Of a stretch of DNA of 35,370 nt, positions 24,949 through 34,778 are shown in pieces. Position numbers and translations under genes: made by a program. How positions within the stretch are numbered: the first letter of the stretch is position 1; each line of letters begins with the position of its first letter. This stretch comes from a virus (lineage: Duplodnaviria > Heunggongvirae > Uroviricota > Caudoviricetes), in IMG/VR virus record IMGVR_UViG_2778261227_000014; one strand, written 5' to 3'. The notes below the pieces were generated by a model. The model worked only from the letters and a program-made list of their open reading frames with translations, ran no database searches and had not been told where the DNA came from.

Positions 24949-25547
24949 TGGCATTCAGAATGAGTGAACAACCACGAACCATAAAAATTTATAATCTGCT
25001 GGTCGGAACCAATGAATTTATTGGTGAAGGTGATGCATACATTCCACCTCATACAGGTCTACCTGCAAATAGTACTGATATTGCTCCGCCAGATATTCCA
25101 GCTGGCTTCGTGGCTATTTTCAACAGTGATGAGGCATCGTGGCATCTTGTTGAAGACCATCGGGGTAAAACAGTTTATGACGTGGCATCAGGGGACGCGT
25201 TATTTATTTCTGAACTCGGCTCATTACCGGAAAATGTCACTTGGTTATCCCCGGAAGGGGAGTTTCAGAAGTGGAACGGCACAACGTGGGTGAAAGATGC
25301 AGAAGCAGAAAAAGTGTTCCGGATACGGGAGGCGGAAGAAACAAAAAACAGCCTCATGCAGGTAGCCAGTGAGCATATTTCGCCACTTCAAGATGCCGTA
25401 GATTTGAATATTGCAACAGAGGAAGAAACATCGTTACTGGTGGCATGGAAGAAGTATCGAGTGCTGCTGAACCGTGTTGATACATCAAGAGCACCGGATA
25501 TTGAGTGGCCAGCTTCCCCAGTGGAATCAAGGAGTAAACAAGCATAA
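24948..25547 (+). CDS. G: Tail fibre assembly chaperone, P2 gpG-like
   Basis: 199 aa immediately after H (TAATG overlap). Confidence 0.8.
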   Translation: MAFRMSEQPRTIKIYNLLVGTNEFIGEGDAYIPPHTGLPANSTDIAPPDIPAGFVAIFNSDEASWHLVEDHRGKTVYDVASGDALFISELGSLPENVTWLSPEGEFQKWNGTTWVKDAEAEKVFRIREAEETKNSLMQVASEHISPLQDAVDLNIATEEETSLLVAWKKYRVLLNRVDTSRAPDIEWPASPVESRSKQA

Positions 25548-25641
25548 AGGCTTTCATTTCAAACCATTGTAGTACAGTTTTTTGTATAGTACCCTGCTCA
25601 TTTCGGATGACATGTGTGATTTGGAATTTCAGGGTACCATT

Positions 25642-26820
25642 ATGAATGTTATTTCATCATTAAAACAGCTTAACAGACAGCGAAATATTAAAACAAAAAA
25701 GATAAAGACGAAGGCCAGACTGGCATTTCTAAAAATGCGATACAGAAGGAAAACATCATTACAGCCGAATAGTTATAAAACAGTGTGCATTTTCATGCAC
25801 ATGCAAGCCATTGGTGACGGCATCGTTACCTCAGGGTTTATTAAACAACTTCAAAAATCCGGTATGGTGGTATATGTGATAGCACCTTCAAGAGTATCAT
25901 TCCTCTTTACTGATATTGTTGGCGTGGATGCCTTTATATCTTACGAGAAAAATAAATTTAACGAACTAAAAGCAAAGATAAAAAAACTGAATGTAGATCT
26001 TGTTGTTGACTTCTCAAATTTTGATAACACAGCGATAACCAGATTGCAAACACTACATTTACTTAGACCTAAACACTCTATCTGTTTTAATCATCCTGCC
26101 GTAACTATTTTTGATACAAATATAATCGATAATCGTTCCATTCACACATCTGAAAGAATGAAAAAAGTTTTATCTTTACTAAAGATAAAAAATAATAATT
26201 ATGCTGCAGCACTTAATTTTGACAACAAAACATATGAACCAGCAAATATTGTTGCAAATGAATTCAGGAAGAAAAACAAAAAATTAGTTATATTTAACCC
26301 TTATGGCTCTCAGAATAGCAGAACCTTATCTGATGAACAGATAAACAAAGTACTAGCTTACCTTAATAACCTTAAGGGATATCACACAATAGTTTTTAAT
26401 ATGGGAAAACAGATTAATCACAATGGATTGGATAATGTGTCTCTATCTCCATTTTCTGATGCCGGATGTTCATTTGCATTGGTTCGCCATGCTGATTTTG
26501 TTATAACTGTAGATACTGCCATTGTACATTTAGCCAGTGCATTAAACATTAGACAATACTGTATATATAATAACAGAATGCATGAAGGAAAATTCGAAAA
26601 TAATATTGTGTGGGGGCCAAACAGCAAATTAGCGACTCAACTCACCACATCCGAACATCTAAGGTCTGAAGGGGGCGACGATATGCATAAATTCGACATA
26701 ATGATCTTAATTAATGCTATCAAACAAGATTTGACAAACGATATACCGAATTACCACTCGGATTTAGGTTGTAAAAATAGATCCAGAAACCCAGAATTAG
26801 AAAGTAGCAATTCTTTATAA
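25642..26820 (+). CDS. Glycosyltransferase family 9-like (heptosyltransferase-like) moron; start uncertain (ATG 25612 or 25642; the track start 25582 is TTG)
   Basis: Strongly AT-rich versus flanking phage genes; N-terminal VCIFMHMQAIGDGIVTSGFIKQL resembles the GT9 ILVIRLxAIGDxxxTxP box, and C-terminal FVITVDTAIVHLASALNIRQY resembles the GT9 NDSGPMHLAAAL box. Sits at the P2 Z/fun position. Confidence 0.55.
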   Translation: MNVISSLKQLNRQRNIKTKKIKTKARLAFLKMRYRRKTSLQPNSYKTVCIFMHMQAIGDGIVTSGFIKQLQKSGMVVYVIAPSRVSFLFTDIVGVDAFISYEKNKFNELKAKIKKLNVDLVVDFSNFDNTAITRLQTLHLLRPKHSICFNHPAVTIFDTNIIDNRSIHTSERMKKVLSLLKIKNNNYAAALNFDNKTYEPANIVANEFRKKNKKLVIFNPYGSQNSRTLSDEQINKVLAYLNNLKGYHTIVFNMGKQINHNGLDNVSLSPFSDAGCSFALVRHADFVITVDTAIVHLASALNIRQYCIYNNRMHEGKFENNIVWGPNSKLATQLTTSEHLRSEGGDDMHKFDIMILINAIKQDLTNDIPNYHSDLGCKNRSRNPELESSNSL

Positions 26821-26916
26821 AGTAGAAACCTCAACAGTTTTATCAGGACCTACGATATATTATATAACAACAAGCCGCCCATTACCCAATATGAGGGTAT
26901 TAGCGGCAATGTAAAA

Positions 26917-27411
26917 TCAAAACAGTCCTTTAACTGAACTGGCCGCGCTGTTAAGGGATGATGTGACCTTATCTTTGAAGCCGGACAGCATATCACTGAA
27001 CGATGAGGATTGCAGACGCTCCCGCAAATCCTCATCACAGCGTTCAAGGGTCAGTGAAAATTCTATCTTTTTCGCCTTACCGTAGCGATCAAACTCGGAA
27101 CGGGTCGTATTCGTTTCAGTCAGTACATACATGCCGTAAATCTGCCCGACACCATCAATCAGAGGCCAGGGGCGTCCTGTATATGCCTGCGTGGTCAGCA
27201 ACGAAAGCGACACTTCGCCACCTGTAATTTCAGGATAAAGCACGCCGGAAAGCACGATGCGATCATCACCTGCGCCGATATACTGCCAGCTTGCTGAACG
27301 GTTAACGCGTTCATTTTTCACATGCCGCCAGCTTTTGTTTTGCTGTAACTGCTGATGCGGCAATGTGCGCAGCTCAAAAACAAACATGCCGTAGATCATC
27401 ATCATGGCCAT
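26917..27411 (-). CDS. U: Tail protein, P2 gpU-like
   Basis: 164 aa; WRH, LSGVLYPEITGG and RPWPLIDG.G.IYGM.V blocks match P2 U. Confidence 0.85.
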   Translation of the reverse strand: MAMMMIYGMFVFELRTLPHQQLQQNKSWRHVKNERVNRSASWQYIGAGDDRIVLSGVLYPEITGGEVSLSLLTTQAYTGRPWPLIDGVGQIYGMYVLTETNTTRSEFDRYGKAKKIEFSLTLERCDEDLRERLQSSSFSDMLSGFKDKVTSSLNSAASSVKGLF

Positions 27412-27417
27412 GACTCC

Positions 27418-30234
27418 TCAATCTTTATCGTAAAAACTGCCACGTCCGGCACGGTCGCGTCGTTCCAATTCTGCCCTGACCATTTCACCGACCAGTTTCG
27501 CCAGTTCGCGGGGATTCTGTGTAACAACGTTATGCAGATGAACATGAATTTCACCGCCAAATCCGGAGGCAACAGGCTCCCGGTTACGGGAAGTTGCAGG
27601 AGCTGATGCCACTGGCGATCGTATGGCCTCCGCCACCGGGCGGGAGCTGGCCGCAACAACAGGGACCAGCGCCGGAGGCAGCGGAGCCGGAACCACGGGT
27701 GTGATATTAATTGCGGGGGCAGGCTTACTGACCTGCGCAATCTTCCGCTCCTGCCACTCCCCACGAACAGCAAGTGCGCGGGGCAGGTTCTTAAAGACAA
27801 TATCGCCGGGGCCAATGCGTTTTTTCGTCTCATCAACCAGCTTACCTGTGTTATCAGCAATTTTGCTGAGTCTGCGTAGCGTACCGGTATTGCTGTCTGT
27901 GAGCGGTTTGTTGTCTTTGGGCTTATCACCTCCGGTACCATTGCCATTTTCCACAGGCTTCGGCGGATTGATTTTCGCCAGGTCCCCCTGAAGCAAGGCA
28001 ACCTTATCCTGAAGAATGGCCGCACGCTGTGCGTCTTCGATTTTCTTGCGCGCCCTTTCCGCTTCATCCGGAAGCACACCGAGCTTTTCAAGTATCCACG
28101 CCAGCGTATCCAGCAACATTTTTGCAGGTGTCAGAACAAGCTGTAACGCACCGCCAAGAACGTTACCGAATATCTCGCCAGCACTGGTACATTTATCCAG
28201 CGTTTCCTTGCTGGACTCCATCGGTGACAGCAGCGATTTAAACCAGTTAAACACCTGGCTGATCCCGCTTCCGATTGCGTCAAAAACAGGACCAAACCGT
28301 TCAAAGGTTTCGCGCAACGGGGTCAGCCTTTCCATAATCCCGCTGAACACCCCGGCAAAAAATGCCCTGATGGGATCCCAGTATTTCCAGATGAGAACGG
28401 CAGCTCCGGCGAGCGCAGCCACAATAAGACCAACCGGACTGAACAACGCCCCGATAGCGCCCCCCAGTAAAGAAACGGAACCCGTCACCATTCCCCACAG
28501 CGCAGGCAACACCCTGACGACATTCATTGACCGGGTAAGAATGTCAAAACCAAGACGCAGGGTGGCCAGCTTCCCGTAAAGCACCCCAATAACCAGCGAC
28601 AACGAGCCAATCGTTGCAGTCATTGCCAGCAACGCACCGCCTGCTATCAGTAGCTGGCGCGTCAGTACCGGATGGGCCTGCGCCAGCGAGGTGATTTTTT
28701 CAAGCACCCGCGTGAGCCACTGCGTGACAGAACGCAGCGGACCGTCAACCAGATCACTGATGCGAATACGAAGACCTTCCCATGCGCTGTCGAGATTTTT
28801 CAGGTCCCCATCAAGATTATCGGCCATTACTTTTGCAACGCGATCGGCCTCTCCCCTTGCCCCCTGCAATTCTCTGGTCAGTTTTTGCAGTTCTCCTGAA
28901 CCAGCCGCCGCAACAAGCGTCTGCAAACCAACGAACGCCTCTTCTCCGGCGATGTCCTTGAAGAAGGAGACCTGGTCCACCTGTCCGTATTTTTGTGTCG
29001 CCTTATAGAGATCAAGCAGCACATCCTCCATTGGGCGCATTTTGCCTCTGGCGTCAGCAACTGACACCCCCAGCTCTTTCAGTGCATCAGCCGCAGCTTT
29101 TGGCGGTGATGCAAGGCGGGACAGACTTGCGCGCATGGCCGTACCCGCATCGCTTCCGCGAAGACCATTATTGGCAAGCATCCCGGCCATGGCCGCCGCT
29201 TCTTCAAGACTGATACCAAGTTTTGCGGCAACCGGACCGGTATACTTCATGGTTTCGCCCAGCGCGCGTAAATCAGTATTGGTCCGGGTGAATGCTGCTG
29301 TCAGCGTATCGCCAACCCGGTCCATTTGATCGGCTGTCAGGTTGAACTGTGTGAGGATATTGGAGCCTATATCAGCCGTCTCGCCGAGTTCGACGCCACC
29401 TGCCAGCGCCATATTAAGAACACCGGGCAATGCGGCCTGAATGGCCTGCGGAGTAAAACCAGCCATTGCCAGAAAGCTCTGCCCACTGGCGGCATCACTC
29501 GCAGTAAACTGTGTTTCAGAGCCAAGTTTTAACGCCTGCTCACGCAGCGCCTTAAACTGCGGGCTGTTTTTGTCGATTCGCGTCAGTGCCTGAACGCGGG
29601 ACATCTCTTTGCCGAACCCGATCGCAGGCTGCAAAAAACGCCCGGCAGCATAGCCGCCCGCCGCTGCCGCACCAATTGCCAGCGCACCACCTGTTTTCAG
29701 TTTTCCCGCGGTTTCCTGCGCGCGCGAATACCGCTCACGCGCCTGCGTTACACGCGCAAGCGCCTGCCGTTCGCGTTCAAGCTGGTTGTTGTATTGTTCG
29801 GTGCGTCTGATGGCCTGCTGAATGGTGTTATCGCTGCCTGTCAGGGAAATGCCGTGGCGTTTCAGTTCTCCGCCAAGCTCCCGCATTTTTTGAATTTCCC
29901 GTGTGCGCGATTCATTCAGGCGTTCAAGCCGGGTGCTTAACTGCTGCATCAGCTTTTGTTGTTTTTCGCTGAGCACTGTACCCGTGCGTTGTAACTGATT
30001 AAGGGCGTTAAGCTGGCGTCGTGCTTTCACGATGCCCGCATCCGCTTTACTGACAGCGTCACGGGCGCGCTCAAATGAACGCGCCTGACGCTCGAGATTT
30101 TTGATCGCCCCCTGCGTTCGCTGGATGGAGTCACCAAACTGCCCCATCAGGCGGCGGGCGTTTTCGGCAGGCCGGGTCAGCCTGTCAACGGCGCTGAAAG
30201 CGACCCGGATATCAAGAGTCTTCATTATCTGCAT
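27418..30234 (-). CDS. T: Tail tape measure protein, P2 gpT-like
   Basis: 938 aa, coiled-coil-rich N-terminus, Gly/Ala-rich hydrophobic middle; between E/E' and U. Overlapping + ORFs 28016-28579 and others judged spurious. Confidence 0.9.
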   Translation of the reverse strand: MQIMKTLDIRVAFSAVDRLTRPAENARRLMGQFGDSIQRTQGAIKNLERQARSFERARDAVSKADAGIVKARRQLNALNQLQRTGTVLSEKQQKLMQQLSTRLERLNESRTREIQKMRELGGELKRHGISLTGSDNTIQQAIRRTEQYNNQLERERQALARVTQARERYSRAQETAGKLKTGGALAIGAAAAGGYAAGRFLQPAIGFGKEMSRVQALTRIDKNSPQFKALREQALKLGSETQFTASDAASGQSFLAMAGFTPQAIQAALPGVLNMALAGGVELGETADIGSNILTQFNLTADQMDRVGDTLTAAFTRTNTDLRALGETMKYTGPVAAKLGISLEEAAAMAGMLANNGLRGSDAGTAMRASLSRLASPPKAAADALKELGVSVADARGKMRPMEDVLLDLYKATQKYGQVDQVSFFKDIAGEEAFVGLQTLVAAAGSGELQKLTRELQGARGEADRVAKVMADNLDGDLKNLDSAWEGLRIRISDLVDGPLRSVTQWLTRVLEKITSLAQAHPVLTRQLLIAGGALLAMTATIGSLSLVIGVLYGKLATLRLGFDILTRSMNVVRVLPALWGMVTGSVSLLGGAIGALFSPVGLIVAALAGAAVLIWKYWDPIRAFFAGVFSGIMERLTPLRETFERFGPVFDAIGSGISQVFNWFKSLLSPMESSKETLDKCTSAGEIFGNVLGGALQLVLTPAKMLLDTLAWILEKLGVLPDEAERARKKIEDAQRAAILQDKVALLQGDLAKINPPKPVENGNGTGGDKPKDNKPLTDSNTGTLRRLSKIADNTGKLVDETKKRIGPGDIVFKNLPRALAVRGEWQERKIAQVSKPAPAINITPVVPAPLPPALVPVVAASSRPVAEAIRSPVASAPATSRNREPVASGFGGEIHVHLHNVVTQNPRELAKLVGEMVRAELERRDRAGRGSFYDKD

Positions 30235-30750
30235 TCCCGCTGCGAAGTGCCGCCCGCTCGCGCCAGCTAACCACTTCGCCGGGCGTCATCATGAAGATTT
30301 CGGCGGGCGACCAGTTAAAAATGGCGGCAATATCCGCCACCAGATCTTCGATGTGCTCAAAGCACACCAGGGTGATTACGCTGCCGTCTCCTGCACGCTC
30401 TTCGCGCCAGAGTCTGGCTCGCTCATAAAATTTACAGCCACAGCGCACAACTGAATAAAATCGCGTGACGACATTTTTTTAATCATCACTTCATCCAGTC
30501 GTGGCGAGGTCACGCGAGGCAACAGCGTGAACATGGTATCCGCTTTCAGATTCAGCACATCAGACAGCGACAGACCACGCAGGGATCCAGCCTGCTCAAT
30601 AGCCCCGGTGATCTCCACATACGTGATTTTTTCGCCACCACGCTCAATTGGTCGGGTCAGTTTTACGCCACGTTCGACAGCCATATCCTCACCAGCCGTC
30701 ACATCATCCGCCACGGTGTTATTCCGGGTTTCAGTATCGATGTCTTTCAT
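30212..30750 (-). CDS. Tail assembly chaperone frameshift product, P2 gpE+E'-like (programmed -1 frameshift)
   Basis: A7 run on the - strand (+ coordinates 30474-30480) within codons ATT AAA AAA ATG; the -1 frame continues open through ...VVRCGCKFYERARLW... to 30212, and the extension resembles the P2 E' segment. Confidence 0.65.
30376..30750 (-). CDS. E: Tail assembly chaperone, P2 gpE-like
   Basis: ATG at 30750 with AAGGAG 7 nt upstream; LRGLSLSDVLNLKADTMFTLLPRVT parallels P2 E. Confidence 0.8.
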   Translation of the reverse strand: MKDIDTETRNNTVADDVTAGEDMAVERGVKLTRPIERGGEKITYVEITGAIEQAGSLRGLSLSDVLNLKADTMFTLLPRVTSPRLDEVMIKKMSSRDFIQLCAVAVNFMSEPDSGAKSVQETAA

Positions 30751-30805
30751 TAGTTGTCTCCTTTTCAGTCAGAGGCGACGCACTGCGCCGCCTGCATATT
30801 ACTTA

Positions 30806-31318
30806 TCAGCCAAGCCCAAGCGCGGAACGGATACGGTCAGGCACAATGTCCTTGCCGTCCTTCCGGTAGATGTGGTTCAACAGGTCGATTTCCCACAGCG
30901 GGCGATCGTTAACGCTCAGCTTGTAGTAGGTGTTTTTGACAGCGTAAGTGTGTGATGTGGCTTCGCCCTGTTTGGCTTCCCCCATATCAATTTCCGTCAC
31001 ACGCCCGCGCATCTCGATTTCATACAGATCGCTTTCTGCATCGGTGTAGTATTCACCCGCAAAACGCAGCAACGTGCCGTCAATCGTGCCGCCATATTTA
31101 AGGAACAGCTCACGAACTGCGCCCCCCATGACAAAACTCGCATCAAGCGCAGAATCATCAAGACCGAGGTCGATACTTACTGCCCCCATCATGCCACCGC
31201 CACGATAGCTTTCAGTTTTGCGCGTCAGTTTAGGTGGAGTGACGGACGTCACCTTACCCACTTCGTTTTCACCATTCACAAACAGCGTAAAAAAGCGAAG
31301 ATGTTTTGGCACAGCCAT
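30806..31318 (-). CDS. FII: Tail tube protein, P2 gpFII-like
   Basis: 170 aa; KLTRK.E.YRGGGM.G...DLGLDD.AL and EID...N blocks match P2 FII. Confidence 0.9.
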   Translation of the reverse strand: MAVPKHLRFFTLFVNGENEVGKVTSVTPPKLTRKTESYRGGGMMGAVSIDLGLDDSALDASFVMGGAVRELFLKYGGTIDGTLLRFAGEYYTDAESDLYEIEMRGRVTEIDMGEAKQGEATSHTYAVKNTYYKLSVNDRPLWEIDLLNHIYRKDGKDIVPDRIRSALGLG

Positions 31319-32502
31319 CAGGCACCTCCCAGCACCGCAAATGCGGGATCAAAGTATTCATCAGTAAACGTCTGGTAAAGCTCCATATCTTCCAGCGGAG
31401 GAACGGGCGTATATTTGTAGCGAATACGCACACGCCCCTGACGTAAATCCGTGGTGCTGTTATCCACCACGTCATACCAGCACGACGCGCCAATCAGTTT
31501 CCCGGCAGTAACCAGTGAATCCAGTTTTGCCCTGATGGCACTGATAACATCCTTCACGTTCGCAGGCGTCAGTGGACTGTCGATGGTTTCAAACTGCGCT
31601 TCCGCAATTGAATCAGCCAGCACCTGTGCGGTTCGGGTATACACCTCAAAGATGTAGGCGTTCGTTTCCGGTGTGCGGTTGCCCCAGAAGCGGAACCCGT
31701 TGCGACGAATAATGGTCGTGATTTCTTTGTTGTTAAGGCTGTTGGCATCGCTGTCTTCGGCCTGCAACGACCAGAACACATGCCGGGACATCCCCAGCAC
31801 ATTTTTAACCGGAACGTTGGACAGTGATTTGTGCCAGCCCTGCTCATGGTCAATGTACGCACGAAGGCCGCACGCATAAGCAGGCGCGGGGAACGTTTCG
31901 TTTTTGCCACTTTTCGGGTTGTAGGCGATGAAGTCCGGCCATAAGAGCATCACCTCACGTTCGTTGAATTTCTGGCGGTAGGTAATTGCCTCTGCCATCG
32001 TGTTACAGCCGTGACATGAGGCATACACAAACGCGCGCAGTTTACCTGCAATCACGCACAGGGATTTTGTTACAGCCTCCGTGTCCAGCTCCGGCGCGGC
32101 CAGAATACGCGGACGGTATCCGATGCTTTCATCCTGCTCTGCAACAAGCAGCGCATACATCCCCGTATAGCTGCCGTCATCCTCAGAACCACCGATAACC
32201 AGTTGATCCTGCGTCTTTCCGTCTTCTTCTTTGTGTTCAGCCACGCGAACGACGATCACCTTTGTGCTCACCTGGTCTGCGATGGCCTTAAGCGCACGAT
32301 AAAGCGTCCCCGTTGTCCCGCATTTTCCCAGCACGTCATTGACGCGGGTCAGCAGTGTGGGCTTGTTCAGCGGGAACAGCTTCGCGTCCGCATCATCCGC
32401 CGTTGCCACGATACCGATAACGCTGGAATCAACATCGTTAATCGCTGTTACCAGGTCGGTATTTTCCGTAACACGGGCACCATGAAAACGAGTTTCACTC
32501 AT
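31318..32502 (-). CDS. FI: Contractile tail sheath protein, P2 gpFI-like
   Basis: 394 aa; ADDADA..FPLNKP, KLRAF.Y, WPDF.A, QGWHK.LSNV, LIRR.GFRFWGNRT, YTRTAQV.AD, YTPVPPLE blocks match P2 FI. Confidence 0.9.
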   Translation of the reverse strand: MSETRFHGARVTENTDLVTAINDVDSSVIGIVATADDADAKLFPLNKPTLLTRVNDVLGKCGTTGTLYRALKAIADQVSTKVIVVRVAEHKEEDGKTQDQLVIGGSEDDGSYTGMYALLVAEQDESIGYRPRILAAPELDTEAVTKSLCVIAGKLRAFVYASCHGCNTMAEAITYRQKFNEREVMLLWPDFIAYNPKSGKNETFPAPAYACGLRAYIDHEQGWHKSLSNVPVKNVLGMSRHVFWSLQAEDSDANSLNNKEITTIIRRNGFRFWGNRTPETNAYIFEVYTRTAQVLADSIAEAQFETIDSPLTPANVKDVISAIRAKLDSLVTAGKLIGASCWYDVVDNSTTDLRQGRVRIRYKYTPVPPLEDMELYQTFTDEYFDPAFAVLGGA

Positions 32503-32659
32503 AGCTTCAGCCCCTTGTATCCGTTAAATGATTCGGCAACAATCATCACCCACCGCGCGCGTAATCTCACCCCTGCGCCATTCTCCCGCCACGGCGACAA
32601 CAAAAAGCAGTAACCCCCTCCGCACGCACATGCGACCATGCCGCACAGGGAGGGAACAG
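32503..32659. promoter_or_regulatory. Divergent intergenic region expected to carry late promoters for FI (leftward) and D (rightward)
   Basis: 157 bp between divergent FI and D starts; GC-rich; no motif confidently mapped. Confidence 0.35.
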
Positions 32660-33769
32660 ATGACCGACACCACCATGCAATTGCTCAGTCAGGGCACAGA
32701 CCCCGTGAAAATGCCGGATTTTGATATTCTCGCGGAGGGTAAAACGCTGTCAGGAGTGGCAGAGCGCCTGATGAGCCTGTCACTGACCGACAACCGGGGA
32801 TTTGAGGCGGACCAGCTCACCATCACGCTGGATGATGCGGATGGTCAGTTGCAGCTACCGCCACGGGGCGCGCGCCTGACGGTTCTCATTGGCTGGAAAG
32901 GAGAACCGCTGACAGAAAAAGGCACTTACATTGTTGATGAAATCGCTCACGAAGGACCGCCGGACAGGCTGACTGTTTCAGCCAGAAGCGCAGATTTTCG
33001 GGATGAATTTAACGTTAAACGTGAGGTGTCCTGGCATGATGTGACCATTGAGCGTGTGGTATCCGCCATCGCTCATCGGTATGGTCTGAAACCGCAAATC
33101 AGCGAAATGCTGATGGATATCGAAATCGACCACGCCGACCAGACCGAAGAAAGCGACATGTCCTTCCTTACGCGCATGGCGGAAATGCTGGGCGCAATCA
33201 CCACGGTAAAAAGCGGTAATCTGTTATTCATCATGCCAGGCGGTGGCGTGAACGCACAGGGCCAGCCGTTGCCCTCGTTCGCCATCACGCGCAGCAGTGG
33301 CGATCGCCATCAGTTCCGCATTGCTGACCGCGAAGCGTATACGGGGGTACGCGCTTACTGGCTTGATCTTAATTACGGGAAAAAGAAAAAAGTCAGCGTG
33401 AAACGCCGCAAACCGCCAAAACCCAAAAAGGAGAAAAGCAGCAGCCGTGAAGGTGATTATATGGAAGGCGCAGAAGGCAATGTGTTTGTGTTACGCAAGA
33501 CTTATCAGAACGAGCAGGCAGCAAGACGCGCAGCGGCGGCAAAGTGGCAGCAGCTACAACGCGGAGCCGCAGCGTTCTCCATCACACTGGCACGTGGACG
33601 CGCAGAACTCTACCCCGAAATGCATGGCACGGTAACAGGATTTAAAAGCGAAATTGATAATCAGGACTGGATTATTGCAAAAGCCGAGCACACCATTGAT
33701 AACAGTGGCTTTACCACGCAGCTTGAGCTTGAAGCCAAAATCCCGGAATGGATAGCAGAAACAGAGTAA
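32660..33769 (+). CDS. D: Tail protein, P2 gpD-like
   Basis: ATG at 32660 with GGGAGGGA upstream; 369 aa; N-terminus MTDTTMQLLSQGTDP... and size match P2 D. Confidence 0.85.
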   Translation: MTDTTMQLLSQGTDPVKMPDFDILAEGKTLSGVAERLMSLSLTDNRGFEADQLTITLDDADGQLQLPPRGARLTVLIGWKGEPLTEKGTYIVDEIAHEGPPDRLTVSARSADFRDEFNVKREVSWHDVTIERVVSAIAHRYGLKPQISEMLMDIEIDHADQTEESDMSFLTRMAEMLGAITTVKSGNLLFIMPGGGVNAQGQPLPSFAITRSSGDRHQFRIADREAYTGVRAYWLDLNYGKKKKVSVKRRKPPKPKKEKSSSREGDYMEGAEGNVFVLRKTYQNEQAARRAAAAKWQQLQRGAAAFSITLARGRAELYPEMHGTVTGFKSEIDNQDWIIAKAEHTIDNSGFTTQLELEAKIPEWIAETE

Positions 33770-33963
33770 ACAACTTAGATGCATTAGCCCTGACATTTGC
33801 TAACGCGCTTACAGCAAGAATCATAACCAATCTGACAGCCTACCCGGTGTCAAAATCAGAAGAGCCTTACATTAGAATATGTTAATTTGTAGCAAACAAA
33901 TTTACACACAAATGATTACTGCTGAAATAGCCCCCATAAATACCATGTCAAAGGATCCATGTT

Positions 33964-34629
33964 ATGAATATGCAAATTTTTATCGCACCAGCAGCCACAG
34001 TTGCTGCAGTCTGCCTTGCTGCATATTTTGCTTTACGAAATGAACGTAAAAAGAAAGCACTTGAGATTAGAACAACTCAACTAGATCGAATATCAGAGCT
34101 AGTAAACCGAGCATCTACCAATTTGATGCAATATACAGGTACTCTTGCCTCTATACTGGAAGCGCACGCCAAAGATAATTATCTACCGAACAAAAAATTT
34201 GACATTAATGTAATTAGCAAATGGAAAGATTGCCTCGATGAGAGTGAGGTCTGGGCGATTGATAGACAGCAACTAAGAACATGTCAGCACAGTCTGGAGT
34301 TTCATCGTGAAAAAGAATGGGCTGAATGGAAAAAAATAATTCCACCATTACTTGATAAAATTGACCAATTTTTTCTCATATCTAAGCCAGGGCAACCTGT
34401 TACGTTTATAAATGGCCAAAACAAAACAGCTGATGAACTACTTGTTTTCTCAAGATATTTGAGAAAACAAACAGCAGAAATTGAATCAGTACGTCAGCTG
34501 TTACTTTCTCAAATGAGAGAGGAATTCATCGAGTTAACTAGCTTTGAACCTGTCACAATGTTTAGCTTATTTAAATCAATAAAGAAAAATGTCATGCAAT
34601 TTTTCTGTATCAGTGCTCTTAAAAATTGA
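33964..34629 (+). CDS. AT-rich moron: protein with N-terminal TM helix, function unknown
   Basis: 221 aa, AAGGA RBS 8 nt upstream; N-terminal MNMQIFIAPAATVAAVCLAAYFAL is hydrophobic; composition distinct from flanking phage genes; followed by a terminator. Confidence 0.6.
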   Translation: MNMQIFIAPAATVAAVCLAAYFALRNERKKKALEIRTTQLDRISELVNRASTNLMQYTGTLASILEAHAKDNYLPNKKFDINVISKWKDCLDESEVWAIDRQQLRTCQHSLEFHREKEWAEWKKIIPPLLDKIDQFFLISKPGQPVTFINGQNKTADELLVFSRYLRKQTAEIESVRQLLLSQMREEFIELTSFEPVTMFSLFKSIKKNVMQFFCISALKN

Positions 34630-34644
34630 CGCTCTGTTGCAAGC

Positions 34645-34674
34645 AACCCCAGTGTTAAACTGGGGTTATTCTTG
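34645..34674 (+). terminator. Rho-independent terminator after the moron
   Basis: aaccccag-tgttaaa-ctggggtt hairpin followed by the T-rich attcttg. Confidence 0.55.
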
Positions 34675-34778
34675 CTAAGAGACCTTTCTACGGCATCAGT
34701 AAACAAAACGAACTATCAGTTGGAGTCTGAGCAAGTTCAGCCTAAACTAGCGACAGCACTACGTTAAGGGAGGTCGCT

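Noticed and set aside
27402-29329. Several ORFs overlapping the tape measure gene on both strands
   Set aside because: The 938-aa tape measure ORF explains the region; the alternatives are Ser/Pro/Arg-rich shadow frames.
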